A DNA stretch of 36,534 nucleotides, from positions 1 to 36,534 of the IMG/VR virus record IMGVR_UViG_3300028833_002293; one strand, written 5' to 3'. Made by a program: the position numbers and the translations under genes. How positions within the stretch are numbered: position 1 is the stretch's first letter; every line of letters begins with the position of its first letter. Below are positions 33,477 to 36,534 of the stretch, piece after piece. The notes below the pieces were generated by a model, which was given only the letters and a program-made list of their open reading frames with translations, was not told the DNA's origin and made no database searches. The stretch is from a virus (taxonomy: Duplodnaviria; Heunggongvirae; Uroviricota; Caudoviricetes).

Positions 33477-33508
33477 CAAAGGTACGAAAAAAAATTGAGA
33501 TAACCAAA
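33477..33508 (-). promoter_or_regulatory. sigmaA-type promoter overlapping terminator
   Basis: TTTG-N20-TACCTTTG. Confidence 0.85.
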
Positions 33509-33522
33509 TGGCTACCTCAATT
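33493..33522 (-). terminator. intrinsic terminator
   Basis: AATTGAGGTAGCC/ATTT/GGTTATCTCAATT 13-bp stem followed by T-run. Confidence 0.8.
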
Positions 33523-33532
33523 TTAATATACT

Positions 33533-33676
33533 TTAACATTCCTCAAACGTTTCAGATGCTCCACATACCTTTTTCCCATTGTCATTCACTGCCCACCATA
33601 CACGACCAGCAAACTCAACGTCATAGGTTTCTCCCCATGTGAAGCCATCAATACCTTTTACGCACTTACATTTCAT
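33533..33676 (-). CDS. small protein, 47 aa (MKCKCVKGIDGFTWGETYDV...)
   Basis: ATG 33676; the track extension to 33862 runs through the tRNA. Confidence 0.75.
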   Translation of the reverse strand: MKCKCVKGIDGFTWGETYDVEFAGRVWWAVNDNGKKVCGASETFEEC

Positions 33677-33703
33677 AATCAATAGGGTAATTATTAAATC
33701 CAG

Positions 33704-33796
33704 ACTCCACGGTCGGACTCGAACCGACATAAGCAGTTTATGCTGCCCTTTGACGCTTTTGCAGAGCGTTGGCTGAACCAGTTCACCCACGTGGAG
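33704..33796 (-). tRNA. tRNA-Cys(GCA), 93 nt, long variable arm, no encoded CCA
   Basis: Acceptor CTCCACG/CGTGGAG; D-loop AACTGGT; anticodon arm ACGCT-CTGCAAA-AGCGT; variable region CAAAGGGCAGCATAAACTGCTTAT; T-arm GTCGG-TTCGAGT-CCGAC; discriminator U. Confidence 0.9.
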
Positions 33797-33808
33797 ATTT
33801 AAAAAGAA

Positions 33809-33839
33809 GCCTAGTCTATTTTCACAAACGGAGCTAGGC
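33809..33839 (-). terminator. GUGA-capped terminator after Hsp20-like gene
   Basis: GCCTAGCTCCGTTT/GTGA/AAATAGACTAGGC followed by TTCTTTTT. Confidence 0.6.
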
Positions 33840-33880
33840 AATGTACCAATCAATATGAACAATAAGTTGTATGAGTTTCT

Positions 33881-34555
33881 TTACTCACCCTTCGGTGTTC
33901 TACGAACAAAGCGTCCGTTAGCACCACGATTCAAAATCTTGGCATACTTGCTGCCATTCTGATTGAGTTTCTGGGCGAGTTTACTTGAAATGTGAGTCAT
34001 TGTTTCATCACCATTTGATGGTGTTGCCTCTTCAGCAGCTTTCTTAGCAGCCTTTTTTCTCACCGTCTTTTTTTTAGGTTTTTCAGTTGGTGCTGCCTCT
34101 TCCTTAATAGGCTCAATCACCTTTTTAGGAATAGTTACTGTAGCTGTCTTCAGAGTGCTGTTTGAAGTGAAGCTTGCTTGCTCCAAGTCACAGTTAGTCG
34201 GAATAACTACAGAAGTCTTGTTGCTTCGTGTCTGTGATTCGTCAGCATATGAAACCTCAATTTCTAGCTTTCCGTCCTTTACCTCGTAGGAAATCTTCTC
34301 ACCGATGGACTCGTCAAAAGGAACAGTCACTGAGAAATCGGTAAGGCTTTCCTTAACTTGCTTCAAGAGTTCAGCGAAGTCACCAAAGAGTTCATTACCC
34401 CTCTTGATAAGCTCCTTCTTCTTCTCATTGAAGTACTCAATCTGTGCGTTCATGTCGAACGAATCGACAACATCGTTAAAACTCTCGATAAGACTCTTAG
34501 CTTGTGACGCACCATTGTCAATAAGACCTAAAAGTTTGTTTTTGAAATCTTTCAT
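33881..34555 (-). CDS. Hsp20/alpha-crystallin-like domain protein with N-terminal helical region and Lys/Ala-rich tail, 224 aa
   Basis: FSVTVPFD..GEKISYEVKDGKLEIEV...VVIPTNCD...ATVTIPK beta-sandwich pattern; KKKTVRKKAAKKAAE; terminal RGANGRFVRR. Confidence 0.65.
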   Translation of the reverse strand: MKDFKNKLLGLIDNGASQAKSLIESFNDVVDSFDMNAQIEYFNEKKKELIKRGNELFGDFAELLKQVKESLTDFSVTVPFDESIGEKISYEVKDGKLEIEVSYADESQTRSNKTSVVIPTNCDLEQASFTSNSTLKTATVTIPKKVIEPIKEEAAPTEKPKKKTVRKKAAKKAAEEATPSNGDETMTHISSKLAQKLNQNGSKYAKILNRGANGRFVRRTPKGE

Positions 34556-34573
34556 AATAATATAAATATAACG

Positions 34574-34678
34574 TTAGAATATGTTTGCTAATATCAGTAC
34601 CACCAACACTATAAATGTAACCAATCCGATTAGGTCAAACGTGCGGTATAGCAGTATAGAAAATTCGTCCTTTTTCAT
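34574..34678 (-). CDS. small membrane peptide, 34 aa (MKKDEFSILLYRTFDLIGLVTFIVLVVLILANIF)
   Basis: Hand-translated; first ORF after promoter 34687. Confidence 0.7.
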   Translation of the reverse strand: MKKDEFSILLYRTFDLIGLVTFIVLVVLILANIF

Positions 34679-34686
34679 AACTGTTG

Positions 34687-34718
34687 CAAAGATATAACTA
34701 TTTTTTCTAAAAACCAAA
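34687..34718 (-). promoter_or_regulatory. sigmaA-type promoter
   Basis: TTTG-N20-TATCTTTG. Confidence 0.8.
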
Positions 34719-34775
34719 TATATTAAAACTTTTTAACAATCATTCAAGCATTTTGCATTCTTCCTCTATACCCTT

Positions 34776-35417
34776 TCATAATCTTCCTCCAAAAACTCCC
34801 CTAGTCTCTATGTCATAAATATATTGATTACCTCCCATTAGGGTAGACCATTTATAGCTAGTTTCAATATTATTTTTAACTTTATTTATATATCTTTTTC
34901 TTAGTGCTATATAGGTATTATGCAACATTTCGTTTACTTGCTCCATCACGCCTATCAAAGATACCCATGTATAATATTTACCATTCAAAGTCATTTTCAA
35001 TGCCACCATATTATTAGGAAGGAAGTTAAACTGAAATGTCATTTTACTAGAGTTAATCTGTTTTTTCATGAATCTCTTTGAAATCTCATTCAGTCCTATC
35101 TCCACTTCCTCAAAACACTCAATTTCATTGCCATCAAGAGGGAATGTATAACCCATGTCATCATACAATGCTGTATTTGAAAATGCTTGATATATCCTAT
35201 CAAGTGTGAATCTTCTAGAAGTTTCCCACGAAGATGCGCTTGAAAACATTACATTTTTCCCACTATCGTAAGAAATAATGTATGAGTCATATATGCTGCT
35301 GTTTCCATAATAACTGTAATAAGCTGCGCCATTCCAATTAGGCGTTTGAAATAGTTGCTTCACTGGTATTTCTTTCGTCAGTTTATAAAAATGATTCTCA
35401 ATAAATTCCATAACCAT
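34776..35417 (-). CDS. hypothetical protein, ~213 aa (paralogue of 35398-35934)
   Basis: FY..KE, IY......ALYDDM, CFEEV. Confidence 0.85.
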   Translation of the reverse strand: MVMEFIENHFYKLTKEIPVKQLFQTPNWNGAAYYSYYGNSSIYDSYIISYDSGKNVMFSSASSWETSRRFTLDRIYQAFSNTALYDDMGYTFPLDGNEIECFEEVEIGLNEISKRFMKKQINSSKMTFQFNFLPNNMVALKMTLNGKYYTWVSLIGVMEQVNEMLHNTYIALRKRYINKVKNNIETSYKWSTLMGGNQYIYDIETRGVFGGRL

Positions 35418-35934
35418 CTAATGATTTGTATAGTTTGGTTTTAGTTAGTAAATTTTTTCTAGCTTCTCTGTATGCTAGTCTCAAACCGTTCATTTTATTC
35501 TCTGCAAGTGCCTCTCCTACTCCAATGTTTTTAAAACCAACTACTGTAACCTTACACCTATATAGAATCATGCTACCAATTTTTACTGATGGGATTACAG
35601 AAACAGAACAACGGCACTCTTCACGCAACTTAACTGCAATTGGCTCGATGTCTGAATTGTCAAATGGTACTTCCTCAAACTCATATCCACTAGTGTCACT
35701 AATTAATACAAGAGTATCCATATCATCTATCAATGCACCATCTGTAGGACAAGGGTATATATGGCTCTCGTGGAATAAACCAACTCTAAAGTTGTAATAC
35801 CTACCAAACCTACCGTCACTATTATACTCATTGCCATAACTGTTTCCAAATACAGCAGAGATAAAGGAATTGATGGATTCGCTTGAGGTGTCCATTTCCT
35901 TTATACAGAGATAAAACCTTCCAGCTTTAAACAT
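35398..35934 (-). CDS. hypothetical protein, 178 aa
   Basis: FY..KE, IY......ALIDDM, EFEEV. Confidence 0.85.
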   Translation of the reverse strand: MFKAGRFYLCIKEMDTSSESINSFISAVFGNSYGNEYNSDGRFGRYYNFRVGLFHESHIYPCPTDGALIDDMDTLVLISDTSGYEFEEVPFDNSDIEPIAVKLREECRCSVSVIPSVKIGSMILYRCKVTVVGFKNIGVGEALAENKMNGLRLAYREARKNLLTKTKLYKSLDGYGIY

Positions 35935-36106
35935 AATATCTTATCTTCTTAAAACTAATAGCTGCAACCATAAGACCTAACTTTTCTCCATGTATATTCT
36001 CCAAATGAATCTCTCAAGTAAGACTCTAGGAATATAAACCTACCAATTTTAAGAGCATAGGTACTACCATTCCTAGTTAACTTTATGCAGCTTCTTTTGA
36101 TGTCAT
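35927..36106 (-). pseudogene. probable decayed or frameshifted ~60-codon gene
   Basis: ATG overlaps upstream TGA, and an in-frame TAA overlaps the next gene's start, but that frame has 4 internal stops; a shifted frame is open across the middle. Confidence 0.4.
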
Positions 36107-36345
36107 AATTCAACTTCTTCTAATTGTTCATTTAGAAAATCAGCGTATTTCTCTTGATTCTTTTGCAGTGCTTCTTTCGACACATAATCGAAATGCAGAA
36201 ACTCTCTCGGACTACATTTCTCGCAACTGCAACAGCCGCTACCAAATGTTACGTCAGTCAAAATAAGATTGCCGCATTGCGGACATTCAACAACATATGG
36301 TGAAAAGAATGTCGTATGTCCGTTTCTTTTCTTCTTAACTTTCAT
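36103..36345 (-). CDS. Zn-ribbon protein, 80 aa
   Basis: CPQCG...CCSCEKC. Confidence 0.8.
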   Translation of the reverse strand: MKVKKKRNGHTTFFSPYVVECPQCGNLILTDVTFGSGCCSCEKCSPREFLHFDYVSKEALQKNQEKYADFLNEQLEEVEL

Positions 36346-36387
36346 TGTTTAATTAAGATTTAAACTTTGATACATTTTATTGTGATA

Positions 36388-36419
36388 CAAAGATACAAAA
36401 TAAAATTGGATTAACCAAA
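36388..36419 (-). promoter_or_regulatory. sigmaA-type promoter
   Basis: TTTG-N20-TATCTTTG. Confidence 0.75.
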
Positions 36420-36437
36420 TCTATTAAGAAATTTTAA

Positions 36438-36533
36438 CTACATCCATGCGTTTGACCAATAGTTGTCGAAATATGCACTTGGTCTGTGTACTTGCCTTAA
36501 CCCAAAATAGGTTTTAATCATTTCTATAGCATT
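36438..36533 (-). CDS. 3' end of a gene entering from beyond the window (...NAIEMIKTYFGLRQVHRPSAYFDNYWSNAWM)
   Basis: Hand-translated open frame ending in TAG at 36438-36440. Confidence 0.55.
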   Translation of the reverse strand, partial: NAIEMIKTYFGLRQVHRPSAYFDNYWSNAWM

Positions 36534-36534
36534 C

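Noticed and set aside
33677-33862. N-terminal extension of track ORF 33533-33862
   Set aside because: It runs through the tRNA and a terminator; the plausible gene starts at ATG 33676.
2316-34738. TGTTAAA-like motif upstream of several promoters (including identical tttttaacacttagg at ~2316 and ~4520)
   Set aside because: Distance to the -7 box varies from about 44 to 67 nt and the motif is short and AT-rich, so it cannot be distinguished from background by eye.
187-35797. Plus-strand track ORFs antisense to minus-strand genes (e.g. 187-408, 1992-2189, 2676-3228 set, 4048-4386, 12966-13283, 15237-15605, 21791-22378, 24076-24393, 35426-35797) and nested same-strand ORFs (2930-3169, 7350-7637, 19394-19636, 22009-22257, 25233-25415)
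   Set aside because: They fully overlap better-supported genes, have no promoter or coupling, and show shadow-ORF composition.
1-36534. Stop-codon reassignment (TAG to Gln), as in some large Prevotella phages
   Set aside because: Long genes (DUF932, macrodomain, NadD, 498-aa protein) are intact in code 11. TAG serves as a tightly coupled stop, for example at 15679-15681 and 15858-15860, 1-2 nt before the next ATG.
1-36534. Integrase, transposase, reverse transcriptase or homing endonuclease genes
   Set aside because: No ORF shows the characteristic catalytic motifs (R-H-R-H-Y, DDE, YxDD, LAGLIDADG, GIY-YIG, HNH).

Overview
This is a 36.5 kb AT-rich segment of what looks like a large dsDNA phage infecting Bacteroidota (Prevotella/Bacteroides-like host). 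The host call rests on about 20 copies of the Bacteroidota primary-sigma promoter (TTTG-N19-21-TAnnTTTG) and a dense run of short, translationally coupled ORFans. The genetic code appears to be standard code 11. Almost all genes are on the minus strand and look like an early/accessory region. Recognisable products are a GP88-like protein, DUF932, a secreted 3D-domain protein, a GatB/YqeY-domain protein, a TIGR02452/bacterial-PARG-type macrodomain, NadD, a calcineurin-like metallophosphoesterase, an Hsp20-like fusion, and a tRNA-Cys(GCA) with an abnormal long variable arm. No capsid, terminase, polymerase or integrase gene is visible. The most striking unexplained structure is an oppositely oriented island (4.6-6.7 kb) in which five direct copies of a 16-bp dyad motif, TGTACTTATTTAAGTC, separate single short and partly paralogous genes like a cassette array. 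Other notable items are ~70-bp repeated promoter cassettes with paired boxes 30 bp apart, terminators whose loops carry the next promoter's -33 box, several tandem paralogue families, and two decayed genes. All family assignments come from motif recognition by eye; no database searches were run.
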